NCBI GenBank assembly: GCA_019244185.1
Contig: JAFATB010000014.1
Coordinates: 128,001 to 192,000 of the forward strand
Source: Acidobacteriota bacterium
Lineage (GTDB): Bacteria; Acidobacteriota; Thermoanaerobaculia; Gp7-AA8
DNA length: 64,000 nt
Direction: 5' to 3'
Part shown: positions 43,799-54,055 of the stretch, in pieces
How the letters are laid out: each line of letters begins with the position of its first letter
Numbering within the stretch: the first letter of the stretch is position 1
Translations under genes and position numbers: made by a program
Notes under the pieces: generated by a model
What the model was told of the DNA's origin: nothing
The model's database searches: none
What the model saw: only the letters and a program-made list of their open reading frames with translations

Positions 43799-45688
43799 AT
43801 GTCGCTTCTCGCCGCAGCGTTCGTTCTCGCGCAAGCGTCCGCTTCCGCTTCCGCCTCCATCACCGTCACCGCCACCCGCACGGAGACGCGAGTCGCGGAT
43901 ACGCCGGCGAGCGTGGTGGTGGTGTCGAAGGAGAATCTGGACGCGACGGCGGCGCCGACGCTCGACGACGCGCTGCGGCAGGTGGCGGGGTTCACGTTGT
44001 TTCGCCGAACGGGGAGTCGCGTTGCGAATCCGACGTCGCAGGGAGTGTCGCTGCGCGGGGTCGGCGCGAGCGGGGCGTCGCGGGCGCTCGTGCTCGATGA
44101 CGGCGTGCCGCTCAACGATCCGTTCGGTGGGTGGGTGTATTGGGGACGCGTGCCGCGCGCGGCGGTCGAGCGCGCGGAAGTGCTGCGCGGCGGCGCGTCG
44201 GACCTGTACGGCAGCAGCGCGATGGGGGGCGTCGTGCAGTTCATCCGCCGCGCGTCGCCGGCGCTCGCGATCGACGCATCCGCGGGCTCCGAGCGCACCG
44301 CGACGACCTCGCTCTTCGCGGCGCGGCAGGCCGGGGCGTGGCTCGCCAGTCTCGATGCGGACCTGCTCACGACCGCGGGCTACGTGCTCGTGCCGGCGGA
44401 GCAGCGCGGCGCGGTCGACGTCGACGCCGGCGCGCGGCATACGAGTCTCGACGGCGCGCTGCGGCGCGACGGCCTTTTCGCGCGCGCGTCGTACTACCGC
44501 GAGTCGCGCAACAACGGGACGCCGCGGCAGACGAACGACACGACCATTCGCCAGCTCGCGGGCGGCGACGATTTCGCGGCATTCGGCGGCACCCTCGCGC
44601 TGCGCGCGTACGGCTCGGACCAGGATTACTTTCAGACCTTCTCGGCGATCGCGAACGACCGCAACTCCGAGCGGCTGACGATCGACCAGAGCGTTCCCTC
44701 GCGTGGCGCGGGCGCGACCGCGCAGTGGACGCGCGGCTTCGCGAACCGCCACGTCGTGGTCGCCGGCACGGAAGTTCGGTATGCCGAGGGGACGAGCGAC
44801 GAGCTGCGCTTCGCCGCGAACGGCACGACCACGCGCGTGGCCGCGGGCGGCACGCAGCGCATCGCCGCCGCGTACCTCGAGGACGTCTTCGCGCTCTCGC
44901 CGGCGCTCACGCTGACGGCCGGCGCGCGCACCGACTGGTGGCGCAACGAAGGCACGGGCGGGCGTCTCACGGAAGGGCAGTTCAATCCGCGCGCGACGTT
45001 GCTGTGGCGCGCGAACGACGCACTCGCGCTCTCCGCATCGGCATACACGGCGTTTCGCGCGCCGACGCTCAACGAGCTCTATCGCGGCTTCCGCGTCGGC
45101 AACGTCGTCACGCTGCCGAATGCGTCGCTGCAATCCGAAGACGTCACCGGCTTCGAGCTCGGCGCGCGCGCGCGCAACCTCCGCCTCACGATTTTCTCGA
45201 TGACGGTCAGCCACGCGATCGCAAACGTCACGCTCTCCGAGGCCGCCGGGACGATCACGCGGCAGCGCCAGAACCTCGGCACCACGCGCTCGAACGGCGC
45301 GGAGCTCGACGGCGACTGGCGCTTCGGCGACAACTGGCGCGCGTCGCTCGGCTATCTCTTCGTCGACGCGTCCGTGCGCGACGGCGCGCTGCGCGGCAAC
45401 CGCGTGCCGCAGGTCGCGCGCAATCAGGCCACCGCGCAGCTCGGATGGCGGCATCTCGCGCTGCAGGCGCGCTGGTCGGGCGCGCAGTTCGACGACGATT
45501 TCAACGTGCTGCCGCTCGATTCGTACCTCGTCGCCGATCTGCTCGCGTCGCATCCGCTCGCGCGCGGCGTGGAGCTCGCGTTCGCGATCGAGAACGTGAC
45601 GAACGCGCGCGTCGAGGCGAGCGCCACGCCGGTCGTCACCCTCGGGCAGCCGCGCGCGTGGCGAATCGGCATACGCTACGGCTCGTAA
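43799..45688 (+). CDS. TonB-dependent receptor
   Basis: ITVTATR TonB box; plug SLRG...LVLDDGVPLND...RAEVLRGGASDLYGSSAMGGVV; FRAPTLNELY; C-terminal IENVTN...PRAWRIGIRY. Confidence 0.92.
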   Translation: MSLLAAAFVLAQASASASASITVTATRTETRVADTPASVVVVSKENLDATAAPTLDDALRQVAGFTLFRRTGSRVANPTSQGVSLRGVGASGASRALVLDDGVPLNDPFGGWVYWGRVPRAAVERAEVLRGGASDLYGSSAMGGVVQFIRRASPALAIDASAGSERTATTSLFAARQAGAWLASLDADLLTTAGYVLVPAEQRGAVDVDAGARHTSLDGALRRDGLFARASYYRESRNNGTPRQTNDTTIRQLAGGDDFAAFGGTLALRAYGSDQDYFQTFSAIANDRNSERLTIDQSVPSRGAGATAQWTRGFANRHVVVAGTEVRYAEGTSDELRFAANGTTTRVAAGGTQRIAAAYLEDVFALSPALTLTAGARTDWWRNEGTGGRLTEGQFNPRATLLWRANDALALSASAYTAFRAPTLNELYRGFRVGNVVTLPNASLQSEDVTGFELGARARNLRLTIFSMTVSHAIANVTLSEAAGTITRQRQNLGTTRSNGAELDGDWRFGDNWRASLGYLFVDASVRDGALRGNRVPQVARNQATAQLGWRHLALQARWSGAQFDDDFNVLPLDSYLVADLLASHPLARGVELAFAIENVTNARVEASATPVVTLGQPRAWRIGIRYGS

Positions 45689-45705
45689 AGCAATTCGTAA
45701 CCGCA

Positions 45706-45984
45706 ATGGCGTGGCGCATCGAACAGCAGGCCGACGGGCACTTCGCGATCTACTCGACGCGGCTGCAGGACTACATCGTCATCGACGCCGACGCGGCGGA
45801 GATCGAGCGGGTCTACGCGGAGAAGGGCGTGACGGTGTATCTCGCCAGCGCGAGGGCGCAGATGGCGAAGCAGATCGCCGTGCCGGCGGAGAACGAGGCG
45901 CTGATCGACGCCAGCCGGCGGCGCGGCGCGACGCCGAAAGAACCAGCGGAAGCGATCGGCGCGACGGGGTTCGTTCGTGAATGA
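45706..45984 (+). CDS. Small hypothetical protein
   Basis: 92-aa ORF with typical codon usage filling the gap and overlapping the next start. Confidence 0.65.
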   Translation: MAWRIEQQADGHFAIYSTRLQDYIVIDADAAEIERVYAEKGVTVYLASARAQMAKQIAVPAENEALIDASRRRGATPKEPAEAIGATGFVRE

Positions 45985-46768
45985 GGAGATGATCGAGGAG
46001 TACCTGCGGCGCATCGGGTACGACGGCGCGCGGAAGCCCACGGTCGACGTGCTGCGCGCGCTGCACGAGCGGCATCTGTGCAGCGTGCCGTTCGAGAACC
46101 TCGACATTCACTGGAAACGCACGATCGTGCCCGACCTCGAGCGCATCCTCGCGAAGATCGTTCACGAACGGCGCGGCGGTTTCTGCTACGAGCTCAATGG
46201 CGCGTTCGGCGCGCTGCTGCGCGCGCTCGGCTTCGACGTGGCGATGCTGTCGGGGCGCGTGGTGACGCCGGAAGGCGGCTTCGGTCCGCCGTTCGATCAC
46301 ATGGCGCTGATGGTGCGCGCGGGCGACGGCACGCGCTGGCTCGCGGACGTCGGCTTCGGCGACTCGTTTCTGCTGCCGCTCGCGCTCGACGAACGCGGGC
46401 CGCAGCGCGATCCGGCGGGTGTGTTCCGGATCGAAGGCGGCGGCGAAAGCCGCATCGAGAACGACGCTGAGTGGCAGATGCTCGTGCAGCGCGGGGACGC
46501 GTGGTTCCCCGAGTACCGCTTCACGCTCGAGCCGCAGCCGCTCGAGGCCTTCGCCGAGATGTGCGCGTGGCAGCAGACGTCGCCGCAGTCGTCGTTCACG
46601 AAGCGGCGCATCTGCACGCTGCCGACCGAATGGGGACGCCTCACGATCACCGACGGCCGCGTGATTACGACGCGCGGCGGCGTGCGCGAAGAGCGCGCGG
46701 TCGCGGACGACGAATGGGAGCGCGAACTGGCCGCGCTCTTCGGCATCCGGCGCGAATCCGCGGTTTAG
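45977..46768 (+). CDS. Arylamine N-acetyltransferase
   Basis: YLRRIG, VPFENLD, RGGFCYELN, DHMAL, LADVGFG (Cys-His-Asp triad). Confidence 0.93.
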   Translation: MNEEMIEEYLRRIGYDGARKPTVDVLRALHERHLCSVPFENLDIHWKRTIVPDLERILAKIVHERRGGFCYELNGAFGALLRALGFDVAMLSGRVVTPEGGFGPPFDHMALMVRAGDGTRWLADVGFGDSFLLPLALDERGPQRDPAGVFRIEGGGESRIENDAEWQMLVQRGDAWFPEYRFTLEPQPLEAFAEMCAWQQTSPQSSFTKRRICTLPTEWGRLTITDGRVITTRGGVREERAVADDEWERELAALFGIRRESAV

Positions 46769-46877
46769 TCCAGAAATAACTGGACGACTCGCGGCGAGAC
46801 GACTACGCTGCCGTCTTCCAATCGTCCAGCTTCGTCCAGCACCACGTCCCGGTTCCCTGTTCGTCTAGGAGGTCTGC

Positions 46878-49800
46878 GTGAATCGCTTTACTCGCGCCAT
46901 GTGGCGCACCTTGCCCGTGCTGTTTTGTTTTTCGGCTTTGTCCGTCTTCGCGCAGGTCGCTCCCGAGCCACCGGTGAAGGGCACGAATCCCATCAAGACG
47001 CTGCGCATGCTCGACGCGCGCGTCAACTACCCGCAGGGCGCGGAGACGGCGCTCAACGCGCGGCTCGAAGCGGCGCGCACGGGTCTCACGCAGGCGCGTA
47101 CGTTCGCGGGGCAGATCAACACCGCGGCGCAGGCGTTGCGCACGACCGGCATCCCGGGCCTCGCGGTCCGCGTCTCGCCGTACACGGCGGGCATCGAGAT
47201 GATCCGCAACGAGCGCGGCTCGCTGACGCCGGCCTCCGGCGGCACCAGCACGGCCATCGTGCGGAACTTCCTCACGCAGCACGGCGACGTCTTCGGCCTC
47301 GCCAAGTCGGACGTCGATGACCTCGTCGTCCTCGGCGACAGCGCCGGCGGCTACAGCGGCCTGCGCATGCTGCGCATGGAACAGCAGATCAACGGGCGTC
47401 CGATCTTCCAGAGCGAGACGCGCTTCATCCTCACGTCGAACGGGCGCCTGATGCAGGGCGCGGGTCGCCTCGTGCCGCACGCGCGCAGCTTCGCGGGCGG
47501 AATCTCCGGCGCGAACTACATGCCTCCCGGCGACGCGTTCCGCGCGCTGATGAGCATCGAGGGGAAGACGATCGCCCCGGCGAAGATCACCCTCGGCGCC
47601 GTCGATGCGACGCACGCGGAGCTGACCGTCGACGACGACTACATCGCCGGCACGGTCGGCGCGCGTCAGGTGCTCTTCCCGCTCGCGCCGGGCCTCGTCG
47701 TGCCGGCGTGGTCGCTGTACGTCACGACCACCGGCGAGGCCGCGTGGTACGCGGTCGTCGACGCCGAAACGGGCGCGGTGCTGTGGCGCAAGAACGTGCG
47801 CGCGTACGCCTCGCTCCACGACGCGCGCTTCCGCGTGTACGTGCAGGCGGACGGCGTGACGCCGGCGGACAGCCCGGCACCCGCGTCGCCGAACGCGTTC
47901 GCCGTCGGCAGCGGCACGCAGGCCGCCGCGATCCCGCCGACGATCGTCAGCATGCACACCGCGATGGACGCGACCGCCAGCCCGAACGGCTGGATCGACG
48001 ACTGCCCGGGCGGCGTCTGCACGGCGAACGAATCGCAGACGCTCGGCAACAATACGCTCACCTGCCTCGACCGCGTCACGCCCGCCGATGTCTGCGACAC
48101 CGTCGCGAGCAGCGTGCTCGACGGCAACGGACGTCCCACCGGCAACCCCGATGCGAACGCGCGCAACCGTGACTTCCTCGGCACCGCGCCGCGTGACTTC
48201 CAGACGAACTTCCTGCCGCCGCCTCAGGGTGGAAATCCGGAAGCGGGCCAGACCGCGACCGGTAACGGCAGCAGCGGCACGGCCGCGGTCGACCAGTTCC
48301 GCCGCGGCGCCGTCACGCACCTCTTCTATCTGACGAACTGGTATCACGACAAACTCTATCGCCTCGGCTTCGACGAAGCGGCCGGCAATTTCCAGCAGAC
48401 CAACTTCAGCGGCCAGGGCGCCGGCGGCGACCGCGTGCTCGGCGACGCGCAGGACGCGAGCGGCACGAACAACGCGAACTTCTCCACCTTCCCCGACGGC
48501 ACCTCGGGCCGCATGCAGATGTACCGCTTCACCGGACCGACCATCGACCGCGACGGCGCCCTCGACGCCGACGTCGTGCTGCACGAGCTCACGCACGGCA
48601 CCAGCAACCGTCTCGTCGGCGACGCCGCGGGCCTCAACTGGGATCCGGCCGCGGGCATGGGCGAGGGCTGGAGCGACTTCTTCGCTCTCTCCCTGCTCAA
48701 CAACACCAACGCCGACGATCCGAACGGACGCTACGCCGCCGGTGCGTACGCGACCTACAAGTTCATCAGCACCGCGTATCTCGACAACTACGTCTACGGC
48801 ATCCGCCGCTTCGGCTACTCGACGGCCAACAACGTCGATCCGCTGACGTGGGCCGACGTCGACGACGTCACCAACGACATGAGCGGCGGCATCCCGGTGT
48901 CGCCCGTGAGCCCGAACTCGGCCGGCGGCATGGAAGTGCACAACATCGGCGAGGTCTGGGCGCTCACGCTGTGGGAGATGCGCAGCCGCATCATCGCCGA
49001 CCCCGCGGGCGCGAACGGCGACGTGCCGACCGGCAACCAGACGTCGCTGCAGCTCGTCACCGACGCGCTGAAGATGACGCCGGTCGATCCGAAGTTCACC
49101 GACGCGCGCGACGCGATCCTCGACGCCGACTGCGCGACCAACGCCTGCGCGAACGAAGACTCGATCTGGGGCGCGTTCGCGGACCGCGAGCTCGGCTACG
49201 GCGCGTACACGCCGTTCTTCCTCTCGTGGTCGTTCTTCTCCAGCCACATGGCCGTGCACACGTCGACGTCGCTGCCGTACCTCGACGTCGTCGACAAGTC
49301 CACCGACGTCACCATCGACGACAGCGCCGACAACAACAACGGCGCGATCGATCCGGGTGAAGCGATCAAGATGACGGTGAAGCTGACCAACCCGTGGCGC
49401 CGCGCCACGAAGGCGGTCACCAGCGCCACCGCGACGCTGACCTCGTCGACGCCCGGCGTCACGATCTACGACAACACCTCGACCTACGGCGCCATCGCGC
49501 CGCTCGGCTCGGCCACCGGCGACACGTTCACGTTCACCGTCGCGCCGTCCGTCACCGCGGGCTCGACGCTCGCCTTCGATCTCTCGGTCACGTCCAACCT
49601 CGGCACGACCGTCACGAGCTTCACGGTCCGCGTCGGTACGCGCAACGGCACGGATGCGCCGGTCACGTACAGCACCACGCCGAACGTGGCCATTCCGGAC
49701 GGCAACCAGCTCGGCGCGAAGAGCCCGATGACGATCACCGACGACTACGAGATCGCCGATGTCGACTTCCGCGTCGACAGCCTCACGCATACCTACGACG

Positions 49801-52382
49801 GCGACCTCAATCTCATGCTCCGCTCGCCGAACGCGGTGGGCGAAGACGTCATCGGCCTCATCGGCCTGCTCGTCGCGCCGGATCAATTCGGCAGCGCCGG
49901 CGCGAACCTCACCAACATGGTCATCGACGACGAGGGCACCGGCGACATGTTCGCGGCGCCGGATACCGAGGCGCCGTACACCGGCAGCTACGTTCCGATC
50001 TACAACTCTCCGTCGTGGATCACCGGCTTCGGCGTTCCGGGCGACCCGAAGGGCACGCTGTCGTATCAGGACGGCACGAGCACGAAAGGCACCTGGAACG
50101 TGCTCGCGGCCGATCACGCCACTCCCGACTCGGGCACGCTGAACACGTGGTCGTTGATCGTCACGCCCGTGCACTTCGACGTCGCCGCATTCGTGGCCGG
50201 CGCCAACGTCACCGCCACGAAGACGGTGAGCGGCACGTTCCGCGTCGGCGGCACGGTCACGTACACGGTCACGCTCACGAACAACGGCACCGCGAACCAG
50301 GGCGACAACCCCGGCAACGAGTTCGCCGACTCTCTCCCCTCCGGCGTCACGTTCGTCAGCGTGAACGCCACCAGCGGCACCGCGGCCAACGTCTCGAACA
50401 TCGTCACGTGGAACGGCACGCTCGCCCCGCTCGGCGGCACGGTCACGATCACGATCACCGCGACCGTGAATGCCGGCACGCAGGGCACTGTCATCAGCAA
50501 CCAGGGCGCGGCCTTCTACGACGCCGACAACAACGGCACGAACGAAGCGACGGTCTCCACGGATGATCCGAGCGTCGGCGGCGCGACCGATCCGACGAAC
50601 TTCACCGTCGGCAACGCCAACTTCACCGGCACCAAGACTGCCTCCGGCACGTTCAAGAGCGGCAGCACCGTCACCTACACCGTCACGCTGACCAACAGCG
50701 GCAACAGCGCCACGCTCGACAACAGCGGCAACGAGTTCTCCGACACGCTGCCGGCCAGCCTGACGCTCGTCAGCGCCAACGCCACGAGCGGGACCGCGGC
50801 CACCGCGGGCAACACCGTGACGTGGAACGGCAGCATCTCCTCCGGCGGCATCGTAACCATCACCATCACCGCCACCATCAACGCCGCGGCGCCGGGAACG
50901 GTCATCTCCAACCAGGGCACGATCAACTACGACGCCGATCTCGACGGCACGAACGAGTCGTCGACGACCACGGACGATCCGAGTGTCGGCGGCGCGAACG
51001 ACGCCACGAGCTTCACCGTTCAGGGCGCGACGCTCGCCGCGACGAAGACGGTCAGCGGCACGTTCAGCCCGGGCGGCGCGGTCACGTACACGATCACCAT
51101 CAACAACACCGGCACGGCCGCGACGACGGACAACCCCGGCAACGAGCTGACCGACATTCTCCCGGCGAGCCTCACGCTCGTCAGCGCCAGCGCGACGTCC
51201 GGCACCGCCACCCCCACCGTCATCTCGAACACGGTGACGTGGAACGGCGGCGTGCCCGCGAGCGGCAGCGTCACCATCACCATCAACGCCACCGTCAATC
51301 CGGGCACCGCATCGGGCACGGTGGTCAGCAATCAGGCGTCGCTCGCATACGACTCCGACGGCGACAACACCAACGAGACCACAGCCTCGAGCGACGATCC
51401 GGCCGTCGGCGGTACGAGCGACCCGACGAACTTCACCGTGAACGGCGCGACCGTCACCGCGACGAAGACGCGCAGCGGCTCGACCGCGGTCGGCGGCGCC
51501 GTCACCTACACCATCACCCTCACGAACTCGGGCAACGTTCCCGCCGGCGACAACCCCGGCAACGAGTTCACCGACGTGCTGCCGGCGAGCCTCACGCTCG
51601 TCAGCGCCAGCGCCTCGTCCGGCAACGCCGTCGCCACCGTCGGCACGAACACCGTGACGTGGAACGGCGCGGTCCCGGCCAGCGGCAGCGTCACGATCAC
51701 CATCAACGCCACCGTCGATCCGGGCACGCAAGGCCAGACGATCAGCAACCAGGGATCGTTCAGCTACGACTCGGACAACAACGGTACGAACGAGTCGAAC
51801 GGCGTCACCGACGATCCGAGCGTCGGCGGCACGTCCGATCCGACCTCGTTCGTCGCCACCGGCGCGTCCGAGACCGTGACCAAGACCGTGACCGGCAGCT
51901 TCGTCACCGGCACCGACGTCACATACACGCTCGTCATCCACAACGCCGGCAACATCGCCTCCGGCGACAACCCCGGCAACGAGCTGACGGACATCCTCCC
52001 CGCCGAGCTCACGCTCGTCAGCGCGAGCGCCACGTCCGGCACGGCCACGGCGACCGTCGCCACGAACACCGTGACGTGGAACGGCAGCGTGCCCGCGGGC
52101 GGCGACGTGACGATCACCATCGTCGCGACGATCGAGCCGGGTCACGAAAGCGCCACCATCAGCAACCAGGCCACGCTCAGCTACGACACGAACGGCGACG
52201 GAACGAACGATGCGACGACCACGAGCGACAGCCCGGCGGCCGGCGGCACGAACGATCCGACGACGTTCTCGGTCGCGGCTGCCGCGGTCGCAACGCCGAT
52301 CCCGACCGCGTCGGAGCTCGGCCTGCTCATGCTCGCGCTCGGCCTCGCCGCGCTCGCCGCATGGAAGCTCACGCTCCGCTGA
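46878..52382 (+). CDS. M36 (fungalysin) metallopeptidase with P-domain, five DUF11-like repeats and IPTL-CTERM-like sorting signal
   Basis: AGGAGG RBS; GFDEAAGNFQ, NNANF, HELTHG, MGEGWSD, EVH; HTYDGDL; C-terminal IPTASELGLLMLALGLAALAAWK. Confidence 0.92.
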   Translation: MNRFTRAMWRTLPVLFCFSALSVFAQVAPEPPVKGTNPIKTLRMLDARVNYPQGAETALNARLEAARTGLTQARTFAGQINTAAQALRTTGIPGLAVRVSPYTAGIEMIRNERGSLTPASGGTSTAIVRNFLTQHGDVFGLAKSDVDDLVVLGDSAGGYSGLRMLRMEQQINGRPIFQSETRFILTSNGRLMQGAGRLVPHARSFAGGISGANYMPPGDAFRALMSIEGKTIAPAKITLGAVDATHAELTVDDDYIAGTVGARQVLFPLAPGLVVPAWSLYVTTTGEAAWYAVVDAETGAVLWRKNVRAYASLHDARFRVYVQADGVTPADSPAPASPNAFAVGSGTQAAAIPPTIVSMHTAMDATASPNGWIDDCPGGVCTANESQTLGNNTLTCLDRVTPADVCDTVASSVLDGNGRPTGNPDANARNRDFLGTAPRDFQTNFLPPPQGGNPEAGQTATGNGSSGTAAVDQFRRGAVTHLFYLTNWYHDKLYRLGFDEAAGNFQQTNFSGQGAGGDRVLGDAQDASGTNNANFSTFPDGTSGRMQMYRFTGPTIDRDGALDADVVLHELTHGTSNRLVGDAAGLNWDPAAGMGEGWSDFFALSLLNNTNADDPNGRYAAGAYATYKFISTAYLDNYVYGIRRFGYSTANNVDPLTWADVDDVTNDMSGGIPVSPVSPNSAGGMEVHNIGEVWALTLWEMRSRIIADPAGANGDVPTGNQTSLQLVTDALKMTPVDPKFTDARDAILDADCATNACANEDSIWGAFADRELGYGAYTPFFLSWSFFSSHMAVHTSTSLPYLDVVDKSTDVTIDDSADNNNGAIDPGEAIKMTVKLTNPWRRATKAVTSATATLTSSTPGVTIYDNTSTYGAIAPLGSATGDTFTFTVAPSVTAGSTLAFDLSVTSNLGTTVTSFTVRVGTRNGTDAPVTYSTTPNVAIPDGNQLGAKSPMTITDDYEIADVDFRVDSLTHTYDGDLNLMLRSPNAVGEDVIGLIGLLVAPDQFGSAGANLTNMVIDDEGTGDMFAAPDTEAPYTGSYVPIYNSPSWITGFGVPGDPKGTLSYQDGTSTKGTWNVLAADHATPDSGTLNTWSLIVTPVHFDVAAFVAGANVTATKTVSGTFRVGGTVTYTVTLTNNGTANQGDNPGNEFADSLPSGVTFVSVNATSGTAANVSNIVTWNGTLAPLGGTVTITITATVNAGTQGTVISNQGAAFYDADNNGTNEATVSTDDPSVGGATDPTNFTVGNANFTGTKTASGTFKSGSTVTYTVTLTNSGNSATLDNSGNEFSDTLPASLTLVSANATSGTAATAGNTVTWNGSISSGGIVTITITATINAAAPGTVISNQGTINYDADLDGTNESSTTTDDPSVGGANDATSFTVQGATLAATKTVSGTFSPGGAVTYTITINNTGTAATTDNPGNELTDILPASLTLVSASATSGTATPTVISNTVTWNGGVPASGSVTITINATVNPGTASGTVVSNQASLAYDSDGDNTNETTASSDDPAVGGTSDPTNFTVNGATVTATKTRSGSTAVGGAVTYTITLTNSGNVPAGDNPGNEFTDVLPASLTLVSASASSGNAVATVGTNTVTWNGAVPASGSVTITINATVDPGTQGQTISNQGSFSYDSDNNGTNESNGVTDDPSVGGTSDPTSFVATGASETVTKTVTGSFVTGTDVTYTLVIHNAGNIASGDNPGNELTDILPAELTLVSASATSGTATATVATNTVTWNGSVPAGGDVTITIVATIEPGHESATISNQATLSYDTNGDGTNDATTTSDSPAAGGTNDPTTFSVAAAAVATPIPTASELGLLMLALGLAALAAWKLTLR
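50200..52275 (+). repeat. Five tandem DUF11-like coding repeats of about 135-140 aa
   Basis: Recurring TKT..G...VTYT...DNPGNE.TD.LP..LTLVSA.A.SG...NTVTWNG...ISNQ...DDPSVGG..DPT.F; boundaries approximate. Confidence 0.85.
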
Positions 52383-52403
52383 TCCGCAACTTCACGCAGC
52401 AAC

Positions 52404-52433
52404 GAAAACGGCGGCCGCAAGGCCGCCGTTTTC
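52404..52433. terminator. Bidirectional intrinsic terminator between convergent genes
   Basis: gaaaacggcggcc-gcaa-ggccgccgttttc. Confidence 0.88.
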
Positions 52434-52455
52434 CTTTGCGCGCGACGCGAAAAAA

Positions 52456-53658
52456 TCAGACGCGATTGCGGCGCGCGGCCGGCTTCTTCTCGAGCTCTTC
52501 CCACGCCTCGACGCCGGCCACGGCGCAGCGCGGGACCTTCTCGCCGAGCGTCTCCTCGATCTTGCGCACCATCGGCAGGTCCTGCCACGTCGCGATCGTG
52601 GAGACGATGCCGAGGGCGCGGCCGCGCGCGGTGCGTCCGGCGCGGTGCACGTAGTCCTCGACGTTCTCCGGGATGTCGAAGTTGATGACTTGCTCGATGC
52701 CGGGGATGTCGATGCCACGGCCGGCGATGTCGGTGGCCACGAGGATGCGGTGCTGCCCTTCGCGGAACGTCTTGAGCGCGCTGACGCGCTTGCCCTGCGA
52801 CTGGTCGGCGTGAATGCGCGCGACCGGATGTCCCTGCCGCTCGAGGATGTGGAAGAGCCACTCCGCGTCGACCTTGCGCCGCGTGAAGACGAGCGTCGAG
52901 CCGAGCTCCTGCTGCAGCAGCGCGAGCAGCGCCGGGCGCTTGTCTTCCTGCTTCACGAGATAGAGCCGGTGCGTGATGCCTTCGGCCGCGGCGCCTTCGG
53001 GCATGATGTCGACGCGCACGGGATCGCGCATGAAGTCGCGCGCGATCATCTCGATCGAGTCGGGCATCGTGGCCGAGAACATCATCGTCTGGCGGTCGCG
53101 GGAGAGGCGGCGCAGCACGTCGCGGATCTGCGGGAGAAATCCGAGATCGAGCATGTGGTCGGCCTCGTCGAGGACGAGCATCTCGATCTTGTCGAGCGAG
53201 ACGCTGCGGCGCTGCACGTGATCGAGCAGGCGCCCCGGCGTGGCGACGACGATGTCCGGCTGCGCGCGCAGCTCGTCGAACTGCGGCTTCATCTTCACGC
53301 CGCCGATGAGACAGGCGGTGCGCAGCTCGTGTTCCTTGCCGAAGAGATCGAGGAACGCCTTCGTCTGCAGCGCGATCTCGCGCGTCGGCGCGAGGATGAG
53401 ACCGCGCACGCCCTGGCCGTGCGTGAGGCGCTCGGCGAGCGGCAGGACGAACGCCGCGGTCTTGCCGGAGCCGGTCTGCGCGAGACCGATCACGTCGCGG
53501 CCGGTGAGCGCGGTGGGGATGACCGCGGCCTGGATCGGCGTCGGATTGAGGAAGCCGAATCCCTCGATCGTACGGAGAATCGGCTCCGAGATGCCGAGGT
53601 CGGAAAAAGATTTGTCGGTCGTGGAGACCGGATGCTGTGGAATTGCGACAGTTGTCAT
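52456..53658 (-). CDS. DEAD-box RNA helicase (RhlE-like)
   Basis: PTPIQ, AQTGSGKT, PTRE, TPGR, DEAD, SAT, HRAGRTAR. Confidence 0.93.
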   Translation of the reverse strand: MTTVAIPQHPVSTTDKSFSDLGISEPILRTIEGFGFLNPTPIQAAVIPTALTGRDVIGLAQTGSGKTAAFVLPLAERLTHGQGVRGLILAPTREIALQTKAFLDLFGKEHELRTACLIGGVKMKPQFDELRAQPDIVVATPGRLLDHVQRRSVSLDKIEMLVLDEADHMLDLGFLPQIRDVLRRLSRDRQTMMFSATMPDSIEMIARDFMRDPVRVDIMPEGAAAEGITHRLYLVKQEDKRPALLALLQQELGSTLVFTRRKVDAEWLFHILERQGHPVARIHADQSQGKRVSALKTFREGQHRILVATDIAGRGIDIPGIEQVINFDIPENVEDYVHRAGRTARGRALGIVSTIATWQDLPMVRKIEETLGEKVPRCAVAGVEAWEELEKKPAARRNRV

Positions 53659-53660
53659 CG

Positions 53661-54020
53661 TTAACGAAATACCTTCGCGTAGACGCCGGCGTTGACCAGG
53701 AGCACGACCACCCCGATGGCGATCTCGAGCCCGCGCGTCAATCCGGACGGATAGATCAGCGGAAGAATGTAGTGCGCGATGAAACCGCCGTCGTAGCCGG
53801 CGCGTCCCGCCGCGCGGAGGAAGTGGTTTTCCCACTTCGTCAGCGGACAGTACCATCCTCCGAACTCGATCAGCATGCCCCACAGCGCCGCGGGGAGATG
53901 CAGCCACACCAGCTTCGGCCAGCGCAGCAGCAGGAAGCCGCCGAATAGCACGAAGAAAATGAAGGCGAGGTGGAAGAGCGCGATCGCGCTCGCGGCCACT
54001 TGATCCGCCATGCGTCGCAT
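53661..54020 (-). CDS. DUF2784 membrane protein
   Basis: HLAFI.FVLFGG...LHLPA..WG...CPLT.WEN...FIAHYILPLIYP; start 54020 or 54011. Confidence 0.85.
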   Translation of the reverse strand: MRRMADQVAASAIALFHLAFIFFVLFGGFLLLRWPKLVWLHLPAALWGMLIEFGGWYCPLTKWENHFLRAAGRAGYDGGFIAHYILPLIYPSGLTRGLEIAIGVVVLLVNAGVYAKVFR

Positions 54021-54055
54021 GAGTCCCGGAAGAGACTACCTATAATGCCCGCGCG

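Noticed and set aside
46803-52145. 1780-aa antisense ORF, and similar long shadow ORFs such as 24127-28683, 24740-28738 and 29120-33145
   Set aside because: Typical high-GC shadow frames of real genes; Arg/Ala-rich with no motifs
50200-52275. Long direct repeats as a CRISPR array or mobile repeat
   Set aside because: In-frame protein domain repeats of about 410 bp with synonymous divergence; no short repeat-spacer pattern and no cas genes
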